From positions 9,763 to 73,762 of the forward strand of contig JAFWMH010000032.1 in NCBI GenBank assembly GCA_017510785.1: a DNA stretch of 64,000 nt, given 5' to 3'. The DNA is from Atopobiaceae bacterium. GTDB lineage: Bacteria > Actinomycetota > Coriobacteriia > Coriobacteriales > Atopobiaceae. This document shows, one piece after another, positions 35,865-46,400 of this stretch. Positions within the stretch are counted from its first letter, which is position 1, and each line of letters starts with the position of its first letter. The notes under the pieces were generated by a model. It saw only the letters and a list, made by a program, of their open reading frames with translations, was not told where the DNA came from and made no database searches. The position numbers were made by a program, and so were the translations under genes.

Positions 35865-35987
35865 TAATCAAGCACGCATTTCGAGAAGGTTTCGTGGCCT
35901 CTAACCCGTTCCGCGTGCCGTTCCGCTCCGTGAGCAGTCCATAACCCTTAATACTTGCGGAAAAGTCGTTTAGTTCATCGTAAACAA

Positions 35988-35996
35988 TGGTATACT
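35988..35996 (+). promoter_or_regulatory. Candidate extended -10 promoter (TGgTATACT) for the pilin-like operon
   Basis: TGGTATACT at 35988-35996, about 38 nt upstream of GTG 36034. The -35 region is poor (TTTAGT). Confidence 0.35.
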
Positions 35997-36033
35997 TTTA
36001 GTATGTATATTTGTGCGTATTTGAGGTGAAACT

Positions 36034-36903
36034 GTGAAAGAGCGACTCGCAAAAAGGGTTTGGTCCGAGCGTGGCGCCTCCATGTCGATGGCGCTCATGC
36101 TGTTCCTTGTGGTAACGGTTGTTGCTTCCGTGGTGATTACGGCGGCAACTGCCGTATCGGGTCGTTACAGCCAATTGGCGGAGGCCGATCGTACCTACTA
36201 CAACGTAACGTCTGCTGCCGAGCTGTTTTGGGACAAGCTCAAGGAATCGGACGGAAGCGCGACTGTTGAGGTGGTCCGCGCGTGCGACGCCATGCTGGAA
36301 GACGACGTGTTCACGCCCATCGATTCCAGCTGGACCGTTTCTATAGACGACGCGTTTGGCCTCGGCGTTGCCCAAGATGGCAGCTCACTCACACCTAGAC
36401 TTAGCGCCGATACGGGTGCTTCGTTGTTCCAAATCGTGACTGCCGACCTCATCTTCAGCCCGGCGCCTGTTGGTTCGAGCGATACGCCTCGAAGCTATAC
36501 CTATGTGTTTGATGCGGATAACCCCGCTAGCGTGGGCAACACGATTGACTTTTCCGGCGGTGCGACCGAAGAGGACCCAGCACCCAAGGATCCGTCGTTT
36601 GCGGAGGCGAGTTACACTCCGTTTAGCATTACCTCGAGCAACGACGCGATTAAGCCCGTGTACGTAACGCTCAGGCGTGAGCCAAGCGAAACGTTTGAAT
36701 TCGTGTTCTCGGAGGCTTCGTGCGGAACGAAAAACAACTCGTTTAGGTGCACGCTCACAACGATGTCGGGCATTACCGACGAATCCATGCGCGACACGGA
36801 TCTTGGTAACGGGAAGCATCATCTTGAGTGGGTTACAACCGTTACGTGGGAGGCTGACGGACTGTCTGCGGGAGGTGGGAAGTATGAGCCGCAAAATCCT
36901 TAG
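36034..36903 (+). CDS. Pilin-like protein lacking Glu5 (PilX/GspK-type hydrophobic N-terminus)
   Basis: GTG start after GAGGTG. The N-terminus is ...WSERGASMSMALMLFLVVTVVASVVITAATAV, that is Gly followed by a ~22-aa hydrophobic helix with no Glu at +5, as in PilX_N/GspK-type minor pseudopilins. 289 aa. First gene of the cluster. Confidence 0.6.
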   Translation: MKERLAKRVWSERGASMSMALMLFLVVTVVASVVITAATAVSGRYSQLAEADRTYYNVTSAAELFWDKLKESDGSATVEVVRACDAMLEDDVFTPIDSSWTVSIDDAFGLGVAQDGSSLTPRLSADTGASLFQIVTADLIFSPAPVGSSDTPRSYTYVFDADNPASVGNTIDFSGGATEEDPAPKDPSFAEASYTPFSITSSNDAIKPVYVTLRREPSETFEFVFSEASCGTKNNSFRCTLTTMSGITDESMRDTDLGNGKHHLEWVTTVTWEADGLSAGGGKYEPQNP

Positions 36904-37204
36904 AGACTCTTCCGGCGAGACGATTGCGGAGACGCTCGTTTCGATACTCATCAGTGCGCTTGCTCTTACGCTGCTTGCCAGTGTGGTGGCAACCTCGGTA
37001 AACATCGTGACGAACAGCAGGGAGCATATGGACGAGTTCTACACAACCGAAGTTTCGATGGTGCGCAAGCCCGAATCCGAAGCTACGGATGCGCAGGTAA
37101 CGCTCGAGGTGCCGCTTGAGCCTGCCGATAAAATCGTAGACGTAAAGGTGTATTCGTCTGGCGAGAACAAGCCCATCGTGTACTACAAAACAAAGGAGGA
37201 ATAG
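36884..37204 (+). CDS. Small type IV pilin-like protein (106 aa) with a class III signal peptide
   Basis: Track ORF 36677..37204 trimmed to ATG 36884 (GGAGGTGGGA RBS). Reads MSRKILRDSSG|ETIAETLVSILISALALTLLA, with Gly at -1 and Glu at +5. Overlaps the previous gene by 20 nt. Confidence 0.75.
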   Translation: MSRKILRDSSGETIAETLVSILISALALTLLASVVATSVNIVTNSREHMDEFYTTEVSMVRKPESEATDAQVTLEVPLEPADKIVDVKVYSSGENKPIVYYKTKEE

Positions 37205-37206
37205 CC

Positions 37207-37806
37207 ATGGTATCCTCCGTATCGACGTCTCCTGCTGCCAATCGTAAAACGGGCGGCTTCTCGCTAACCGAGATGCTCGTGACGCTGCTCATTCTTGTAC
37301 TGGCCTCAACGCTCATGGCGACGGGGATTCCTGCGGCCATCGACGTGTACCACAAAATCGTAAAGACGTCCAACGCACAGCTTGCGCTTTCCACGACGCT
37401 TGCAGCAATGCGCGCCGAGATTGGCATGGCATCCGACGCTCGCGTGCTCACTGTTGACGAGAAAGATAAAATATACTACTACATACCCAATGAGGGTTGT
37501 TGGGCATCGATTCAAAACTCCGAAACGTATCGTGGGCTGGAAAAGCAGTACTACAAGGGCATGCCCACCGCGTCGGTATCGTTGGAAGACCTCACCCCAG
37601 ATGGTTCCAGCATGCCATTGATGAGTGACGAGGCCATAACCGAGAGCTTGGAAGTGAATCTTACGCCGATTCCCGCAACGAGTGACAAGGCGGGCGTGGA
37701 CCTTAGGCTTTCGGTAATCGACTCGATTAGTGCCGATAAAAACGTACTCGCGAGTGTTGGCGAGGGCGAAAATACGTTCCGCATCCTTACGAGATTCACG
37801 GAATAG
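37207..37806 (+). CDS. Type IV pilin-like protein (prepilin-type N-terminal cleavage/methylation motif)
   Basis: 199 aa. Reads ...NRKTGG|FSLTEMLVTLLILVLASTLMA, a canonical G|FxLxE motif plus hydrophobic helix. The start is 2 nt after the previous stop. Confidence 0.85.
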   Translation: MVSSVSTSPAANRKTGGFSLTEMLVTLLILVLASTLMATGIPAAIDVYHKIVKTSNAQLALSTTLAAMRAEIGMASDARVLTVDEKDKIYYYIPNEGCWASIQNSETYRGLEKQYYKGMPTASVSLEDLTPDGSSMPLMSDEAITESLEVNLTPIPATSDKAGVDLRLSVIDSISADKNVLASVGEGENTFRILTRFTE

Positions 37807-37822
37807 ATGCGAGGTGACGCAA

Positions 37823-40381
37823 ATGGATACCAAACGAATGATGCAACACAAACGCGCAACGGGCGGCTTCACCATGGTGGAGATGATTATTGCCATTGCT
37901 ATACTCGTTATCCTTATGGGCGTTGCGTTCGTTAACGTATTGGCCTACCAACGAAGCATGAAGCAACTCGAGCTCGACAAGACGGCTCAAGAAATCTTCG
38001 TCGCCGCGCAAAATCACCTTACCGTGGCTAAAAGCCAGGGCATTTTGGAAGATGTAGACAAGAACAGTACTGCGCTGGTGGGCGAAAAGGACGACGGGGA
38101 AAGTGTGTACCGCTATTGGTATGTGTCGAGTGGCGACGCGAGGCTTAAGAGTGCCAATACGAGCTTGCTCTACGAAATGCTGCCGTTCGCATCCATTGAC
38201 GACACGGTTCGTCTTGGTGGAAGCTACGTGATTGCGTACGACCCAAATACGGCTACTGTTGTGAGCGTGTTCTATTGCGATCAGTCTTCTTTGAGTACGT
38301 ACCAGTTCTCTCCGAGCGACTACAGCACACTCTTTCCTGCGCTCGAGGGTACCTCGGACGACGTGGTGGCTGCTCGTCGTGACGGCATTAACGGGGCGGT
38401 TGTTGGCTGGTACGGTGGGGAGGGCCTTATCGACCGCACGAAGAAGGAACTTGTTGCACCCGAGATTAAGCTGACAAACGCTGAGCGTCTTGAGGTGACG
38501 GTGAGCTTCTCTACGAGTGCCATGCAACAAAATCGCGAAGTGGAAGACGCCGTGATGCGCCTTGTATTGCGGGGGGACACGAGCAAGCACAGTAAGATAA
38601 TTGCTACCGAGCCGTTGCTTTCCATGGCGTCGGTGGGTGGCGAGTATCGTAAGACGTACGTGCTCGACGACATTACGACATCTGGCCAACACTTTAAAGA
38701 GCTGTGGTGTGGAGCGAGCCTTTCGCTGGCCGCTAATGCCGGGGAGAGCGGACCGCTCATTCCTGGTGAGAATATTTCCGTTTACGCGCAGGTGTACAGC
38801 ACGAGCGTACTCTCGAGCATTGCGAAGAGTGCGACCAAGCACACCAATAGCCTGTTCGCACGTATGATTTCGGAGAAGGTAGACACCGAGACGGAGCGCT
38901 ACGCGGCGATAAATAACATTCGTCATCTCGAGAATCTCGATGCGGCGATTTCGGGATACGACCTCGAAGCGCTCGGTGAGGATGGCGCGACGAAGGCAAG
39001 GCAAATCAGCGACCTTATGTGGATTTCCAATTCGTCGTCCAAGAAGATCCGTGCCTTCGCAAACCGAATTGCCGGTTCCGTGGATGGCGCGAAGAACGTA
39101 AAAGTGCGCTACCTCGATGGCACATCAACAAAGGCAGGCACGTTTGCCCCCGTGACCCCGCGGAGCACCAGTGCTACCAACGTGCTTCGTCAGTACGCGC
39201 TAACCTACGAGGCCGACAAGGGTAGCAAGAAAATCTCTAACGTTAAAGTTGAGCTGGAGTCTGCGTTCAACGCGCCGGCAGGCATCTTTGCAACCGTGGC
39301 GAGTGGCTCTTCGATTTCTGGCCTTGAACTCGTGGATTGCAGCATATCCACAAAGGGCGGTAGTGCGGGCACATTGCTCGGCGTTGCGATGGGCACGCTC
39401 GACCTTACTAATATATTAGTGCACGACACCAAGGGCACGGTAAAGTCTACGGTTTCGAGTACGGAAGCTGCGGGTGGCCTCGTTGGCTTGTTGCAACCTG
39501 CTTCGGGCACAACCGTCACCATTGATGGTTGCGGTGCCGCGACGTTGGTTGAGGCTAAGGGCCAAGGAACGGCGGCGGGCGGCCTTGTGGGGTATGCGGA
39601 TGGCAACGTTTCCATCGCAAACAGTTACGCTGGTGGACGGACCAAGGATGGTGCGTACGATGCGGAGAATGCCAACGTAAAGGCTGGTAGCATCGCGAGT
39701 GGCGGAGTTGTTGCTCCAACTCAAGGCGTTGCTGGAGGGCTTGTGGGCTACACGCGCGGTGCAAACATTACATACTGCTATGCCACGGCGTCAGTTTCGG
39801 GCGAGGGTGCCATGGGTGGCCTCGTTGGGTACGCAGATAAAACCACAATAGGGAATTGCTACGCAACGGGTCTCATCATTGGCAACAAGACGCATGCGGG
39901 TGCCTTTGCGGGCAATATGGACGACGCGACGTACAACGCTTCCGCGAAGAACGAATCTGCGAACAACTACTACTTCGAGATGGTCAACAGCAGTGTCTAC
40001 CCCATTTCAAATAGGAAACCAGTCGTAGATGCGAATGGAAACCCAATTCCGACGCAAGAGCCGGTAGAACTCGATGGTCTCAAGCCTGTCGACAAGAATA
40101 CGAAGACCTTCAACGACTTCTGCACGGGCGATGCCGAAGGCACAGATGCAGCGGGCGAACCGGTACTGCGCAAGAACAACGAGAAGGCAGCTCCCTACGA
40201 CGAGTCGCTTGGGAAGCTCTACGCCAGGGCTGACGAAAACGATGCCACCGGGCAGACGTACAACAGCATCTACAACCTACGCACCATTAAACTGCTCAAT
40301 AGCAAAGCCGAAGGTCCTTGGGTTTCGTCCCACTATGGTGATTGGCCGTCACCAGAGACGCTCTTTGTTAATACCAAGTGA
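37823..40381 (+). CDS. Large modular type IV pilin-like protein (852 aa) with a C-terminal GLUG-motif repeat module
   Basis: Track ORF 37730..40381 trimmed to ATG 37823 (GAGGTG RBS). Reads MDTKRMMQHKRATGG|FTMVEMIIAIAILVILMGVAF. The module at ~39290-39925 has AAGGLVGLL, AAGGLVGYADGNVSIANSYAGG, VAGGLVGYTRGANITYCYATASVSG and AMGGLVGYADKTTIGNCYATG, which fit the GLUG motif pattern. The protein ends ...SSHYGDWPSPETLFVNTK. Confidence 0.85.
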   Translation: MDTKRMMQHKRATGGFTMVEMIIAIAILVILMGVAFVNVLAYQRSMKQLELDKTAQEIFVAAQNHLTVAKSQGILEDVDKNSTALVGEKDDGESVYRYWYVSSGDARLKSANTSLLYEMLPFASIDDTVRLGGSYVIAYDPNTATVVSVFYCDQSSLSTYQFSPSDYSTLFPALEGTSDDVVAARRDGINGAVVGWYGGEGLIDRTKKELVAPEIKLTNAERLEVTVSFSTSAMQQNREVEDAVMRLVLRGDTSKHSKIIATEPLLSMASVGGEYRKTYVLDDITTSGQHFKELWCGASLSLAANAGESGPLIPGENISVYAQVYSTSVLSSIAKSATKHTNSLFARMISEKVDTETERYAAINNIRHLENLDAAISGYDLEALGEDGATKARQISDLMWISNSSSKKIRAFANRIAGSVDGAKNVKVRYLDGTSTKAGTFAPVTPRSTSATNVLRQYALTYEADKGSKKISNVKVELESAFNAPAGIFATVASGSSISGLELVDCSISTKGGSAGTLLGVAMGTLDLTNILVHDTKGTVKSTVSSTEAAGGLVGLLQPASGTTVTIDGCGAATLVEAKGQGTAAGGLVGYADGNVSIANSYAGGRTKDGAYDAENANVKAGSIASGGVVAPTQGVAGGLVGYTRGANITYCYATASVSGEGAMGGLVGYADKTTIGNCYATGLIIGNKTHAGAFAGNMDDATYNASAKNESANNYYFEMVNSSVYPISNRKPVVDANGNPIPTQEPVELDGLKPVDKNTKTFNDFCTGDAEGTDAAGEPVLRKNNEKAAPYDESLGKLYARADENDATGQTYNSIYNLRTIKLLNSKAEGPWVSSHYGDWPSPETLFVNTK

Positions 40382-40437
40382 TTGAGTTTGCGTATTCGAT
40401 ATTGTAAAGCTGGAATGATGTAAGGGAGGGAAGGCAT

Positions 40438-43400
40438 ATGCGCGACAACAAACACGCCTCACCACGACTGGGCAAGCCAGCGCTGCTTTCCATTGCAATA
40501 GCCCTTTCGATTGCAACCGTGGTGGCGCTTGTCCCAACACTATACGGCTGCAAGCAGGCGGGTTCCGCCACGCCAACCTTGACTGCTGGCAAACGCCCAA
40601 CGCAAAGATCAACTGTTGGGGTCGGAGCGTTCGCGCAGGGCAAAGGGTCGCCATCATTGCGCGTTATTCCAGCGGCGAGCCTGGACGGCGGAGTGGGTGT
40701 TGATGAGGGACCGCTTACTGTTAGCGATGCCAATCCATACGCCAGCTCTGGATATGACTCTGGTTCTAGCCCTAACGTAAGCTATGGTACCGTGCTCGAT
40801 TCAGAGGTTTCGGCGCCCGCCCAAGAGGACAGCACTTGGACGCAAACGCTCTCGCAAACCATCGAGCCAGCCGAAGGGGTGTTCTACACCGTTTCGGTTA
40901 CGTACGGGGATGATGCTGGCATCAGTCCGGATGCAACGCTGGTGGTGGAAGAGCTCGAGTCCAACGATGAACGTAGGAACGCACTGCATGCGCTTCTCAA
41001 CGTACGGGAAGACGAATGCGTCTTCCAAGACGTATTCCTCAAGATAGCGCTAAAAGTTGGCGAGGAAGAGGTCCAACCGAATGCTTCCGTCCGTGTTGCG
41101 GTGGAGACGAACCGCATTGCACCGCGCCAATCCGATGCCGTTGAGGCGTCGGTGATTGGTGGTAGTGGCGAAGGCAGGCTAACGGTGATCAATCGAACGG
41201 GTGCGGTTGATGGCGTCAATTCCGACGGTGGCGGCGAGACGGCCGATCCATCGGCAACTGCCCTCAGGTTCCAAGCCTCGGGACTTGGCGAGGTTGGCTT
41301 TGCTGTGGTGGCCACCCCCAAGCACCAAACGGACATTAACGGAGAAGTGGTAACGGTGCTCGGGCCTCGCACAAAGGGCATTGAGTGCGTGGAAAACGAG
41401 ATAAACGAACAAATCTCCGATGACCAAACGATCGTGCGAGCACTCGCGGTGGTGAGTGAGCCGGCGCACGCCTGGCCCACCACAGTGTGGATGAAGGTGG
41501 ACGACGCCCGCCCGGACGAAGAGCGCAATGGCCATCTCACCGTTTCGGCGTATGAGTCGGGCGAGATTCGCGAGGAGCTGTTTGGTCTTGGGTCCACGAA
41601 CAATCCGTTCTCAACCGACACGTCGCGTGAGCTTGCCCTCGTGTGGCATGGCAATCCCGATGCCGATGCGAGCGAGGATGCTGGTTGGGAATCTGGCGAC
41701 CAAGCTCCTTCGGAGGGTGCGGAATCCACGCATGAAGAGGAGAAGGCCCACGAGGAGAAAGTCCGCGCCGAAGAGAAAAGCCACGAGGCGGACGAGCATG
41801 CCAAGGATGCCAGCAAGGAAGTCAAAAAGGAAACCAAGGGCTCAGCCAAGACTGAAGAAAAGGCTGCAGATAAAACCGAGGCCGAGGCAATCGTCGTGGC
41901 TGAGGGAGGCCAACAGCTTCGGGCGACCGACGGTTCGACATATCACGTTACGGTGACCTATGGCGACTCCGCGGGAATTCCGCAAGGTGCTGAACTGCGC
42001 GTGCGGGAGATTACGAAGAACGACATGGATTATGTAGAGTACCTCGCACAGAGCGCGCGGGAGCTTGGGGTGGAGGCTACCGACACTTCCTTCGCGAAGG
42101 TGCTCGACATATCGTTCGTCGATCCCGTGACGGGTAATGAGTTCGAGCCCACGGGTGACGTTCACGTGCGCATCGAACTGGCGGGCGAGAGCTTGGTGTC
42201 GAGCGAGGAAGCCGGCGTTGTTCACTTTGGCGACAAGGTTGAGGCGCTTTCCTGCGATGTGAGCGACGAGCAAGTTGAGTTCACTGTTGACGGGTTCAGT
42301 ACGTTTGTAGTGATGGGGTACGGCACGTCCAACCCTGAGGCCAGCGAGAGCGCAGACGGGGACACGGACCCCGAGTATACTGTCCCGACGCCAGTGGAGG
42401 GTCTTGTCTACACAGGCGAAGCGCAAGAATTGGTAACTGCTGGAACCGTGACGGTCGGTACCATGAAGTACAGCCTGCAGGAGGATGGCGAGTACGACAC
42501 AGCAGTGCCCACTGGAACCAATGCCGGAACCTATACCGTTTACTACATGGTGGAAGGTGACGAGACGCACAACGACGTTGCCGTGAACAGTGTGGAAACT
42601 ACCATCGCACCTGCACCGGTTACTCTTACGGCTGTGAGTACCTACAGGAACTATACCGGTGAGGAGCAAGTGTTCTCCGGTTTTACCGCGAGCGTGGAGG
42701 GGCTCACGTTTGAAGGCGTCGTGGCATCGGGCAGCGGCACCGAAAAGGGAGCGTACGATGTGACGTTCACGGGCGTTGTACCCAACGAGACAACCGATAG
42801 TACGGGCAACTACATCGTTACGCAAACGACCAACGGTACCCTCACTATTCAAACGTTGCTAACCAAGAGACTTGCCAGCTTTAACGGAAACCTTGCGACT
42901 TACGAGCTTGTTGTTAACCCGGAAGGTTACCAGCTCAACGGTGGGCAGTCCTTCACCCTCAACGACAGGTTGATGGATAAGAAGAACGACTCATCGGTCG
43001 TAACCAACAACCAATCCATTAACTATAGCTCCGTCGGCATCGAGCCTGCGGATGCCGGCGTAGTATTCGACTACAGCGGTTATACGGGCACCTTCGTGAT
43101 TCCGGACGCCACGGCCGTAACCATAACGTACACGACACGTGTTGAGGGCAACGCGGGCGAGAACGTGTGGTTTGGCAACGTTTCGAGGCTCATGGCCGCA
43201 GGGGGTGATTCCCTTGGCGAGTTGGCGAACGTCAGCGCTGTTGAGACCGAAACCATCACCCCAACTGGTACCGACATTTCCGGTACGGGTGGCGTCTACA
43301 GCATCGAGCTCTATACCTATGCGGATGGCCACATGGAAACGGGTCTCGCGGGGGCAGAGTTCCGCCTTCTCGATGCCAATCAGCGTCCCATAACGTATAA

Positions 43401-46400
43401 GGCCGGCGAGAACGAAGGGAAAGAGGTTACCTTTGTTACCGAGTCGGATGGCTACGTCACCGTTCAGCTAACGGAAGAGCAAGACGGCCTGTACATTCAT
43501 AAGAACACTCCATATTATTTGGAGATGCTCAAGGCTCCGGTCACCGAAAATGGTGACGATACTTTCACGTATTACGAAAAGGACAACACGCTCTACGGAT
43601 TCCTTGTTACCGACGATCCCGACTATACGTACAAGGACGTATATAGCTACTTCAACGGCGACGTGCTAAAGGTTCGCTGCTATGAGGAGTCGGAAGGCAT
43701 TCACGTTACGAAGCGCTTCGCTGGTAACCAAACCATTTCCGACGAGCAGAAGAACGGGATTGTTTTTATCCTCGAGAAGGAGAACACGGCAACTGGCGGC
43801 TGGGACGAGGTTGAGCAGCACCCGTATAGTGAGTTTACGTGGGGCTCCATGGCCTTCAATACGGGCTCCAAAGGATGGAGCGCACACGACTATGGCGCAA
43901 CGTATCGTGTACGTGAGGAGAATGCCGAGGTAGAAGGCGTCGATCTTAACGATACCTGCTTTGTGAGTGTTGAGGGTAGGGGCAAGTCGACTACGGAAGA
44001 GAGCAACGAGTTCCTCGTCAATCCGGACGAAGAGGCATACAGCTTTAGCCTCGTGTTTACCAACGAGTACTTCAATCATCGGTTGGACATTACCGTTCTG
44101 GACGAGGAGCACGGCACCTTGCTTCCCGGAGCGGTTTTCGAGGTGCGCGCTGCTACAGGTGAGGAAGCGGCCCCGGTTGCGACGCTTACTACTAACGAAA
44201 GCGGAACGATTGAAATCACGCGGACTGCCGATTATCAGCCCGATACCCTGTATTATGCCGTGGAAACAACCGCGCCCGAAGGATACTTGCTTCCAGCTGA
44301 TGCCGAAAAGGCGTACTTCTACTTCTCCGAGAATAACACGAAGGTACCCGAGGGTCTTCCTGCGGGAGAATCGGCTCTCGACCTCACCAAGTCCTACAGC
44401 ACAATGATGGTGGCGAACAGTAAGCAAAAAATCCACTTCCCCGTAATCGTTGCATGGGGCCTCACCGGAATTGGCGAGTGGCCCGATTCGGTTTCCAATG
44501 TGGACGTGTCGCTCACGCAGTCCGTAAAGGATGGGGAAGAGACGCCTGTGGAAGGCAAAACGGTGCGGCTTACGTCCGCAAAGAACTTCGACAACAGCGT
44601 GTTCAGGGATTTGCCCGCTCGCGACGAAGATGGCAAGGACATTACGTATACCCTCGTGGAGACCATCCACGATGCAAACGGTAACGACATCACGAAGCAG
44701 TTTGCCGTGTCCCAAACGATAACGGGCACGGGTTGGCACTTGCTTCGCAACCAAGACGCGGTGAGCGTAACAATACAAAAGCAATGGTTCGCGCAGGATG
44801 GCTCCCCAGTTAGCGGTAATAACAAAGAAGCGGTGAAGTACGACCTGTACTGCACTACGGAGGAACTCGAGGGCCAAAGTGGCGCCATTGCGCGCGAGGA
44901 CTTGGAGAGTCACCTGAAGTCGGCCAAAAAGATTCGCGGCGAATTAACGCTCTCGAAGGAAAGCGAGTGGAAAGACACCGTATACTCGCTGCAAAAAACC
45001 GATGCTAGTGGCAATCCGTATTACTACTTCGCCTTGGAAGACGAAGGTTCCATGCCTCAGAACCATGAGGATACCTATACGATAGCTCCCGCAACGGAGA
45101 GCGCCAACAGAACCCTCACCATTCGGAACACGCAAACCGATATTACGGTTATTGTTAAGGCAAAGGATTGCGAAAAGACGTACGGAGGCGAAGACCCAGT
45201 CTTTGGTTTTGACGTGACCGTTCAGGACGCCCATACCACGGCCACGTGGGAAAAGGTCGCAGGCGAGGATAACAAATACAACGTCACAGTGACCGCGGAA
45301 GACAATAGCACGCATTCCTTCACCTTCACGCTAAATCGGGAAGAAGGGGAAAATGTTGGAACCTACACCCTGACGCCTGCCAAGGTGACGGACCTGCATG
45401 GTTACCGCGTGAGGTTTGATGAGGGAACCCTCACAATACACCGTGCTGAGGCTGTGGTGACTGCTGGTGCACAAAAGGTGTATGGCGACGAGGACCCCGC
45501 GCTCGTAACTATAACTGGATTGATGAATGGCGACGGCGAAACTGTAATTCGCCACGAGGAATACCGTGAGCCTGGCGAGGATGTGGGCGAGTATCCCATT
45601 ACCGTAAGCGGCGCAAGAAATCAAGGCAACTATAGGGTTACCTTCGTGCAGGGTTCTCTCTCAATAACTCCAGCTGCTGCGACTGTGAAGGCGAATAATT
45701 CGAGCAAGGAGTATGGCGAGGAGGAGCCCGAGCACACGGTTAAGATTACGGGACTGAAGGCTGGCGATGCTGAGGGCGTCATCGAGTACTCGCTCCTGCG
45801 CGAGCCAGGCAACAACGTAGGAACGTATGCCATCTCCGTGACGGGCGACGCAGCCCAAGGCAACTACAACGTTACATTCGTGAATGGCGAGTTCACCATT
45901 ACGCATGCGCCGGCTGTTGTGAAAGTTGAGAACGCGGAGAAAACATATGGCGTTGAGGATCCAGCGTGGGTTGTGACTATTGATGGATTGAAGGGCAATG
46001 ATCCAGAGAGCTTGATTGTCTACAACGTGAGCCGAGCAGCAGGCAATAACGTTGGTGATTATACTATTACCGCGACCGGAGAGGCGGAACAGGGCAACTA
46101 CTCGGTTACGTATGAAACCGGAACGCTGAGCATTCAGCCGGCGGAACTCACGGTGACGCCAGACGAAAAGTTCAGGTCCATAAACGACTCAGCGGATCCC
46201 GTGCTAACGGCCACCGTCACCGGTTGGCAGTATAACGACGACGAGGCTGTTCACAGCGTCGTGGAAGGCAAAGAAGTCTATACGCTCAACGGAACTACGA
46301 TTCTTACCTTTGCCTTGTCGCGCGAGGCTGGCAATGATCCTGGCGATTACGTGATTAGTGCAGCCGGTGAGTCGGCACAGGGCAATTACGTACTGAACTA

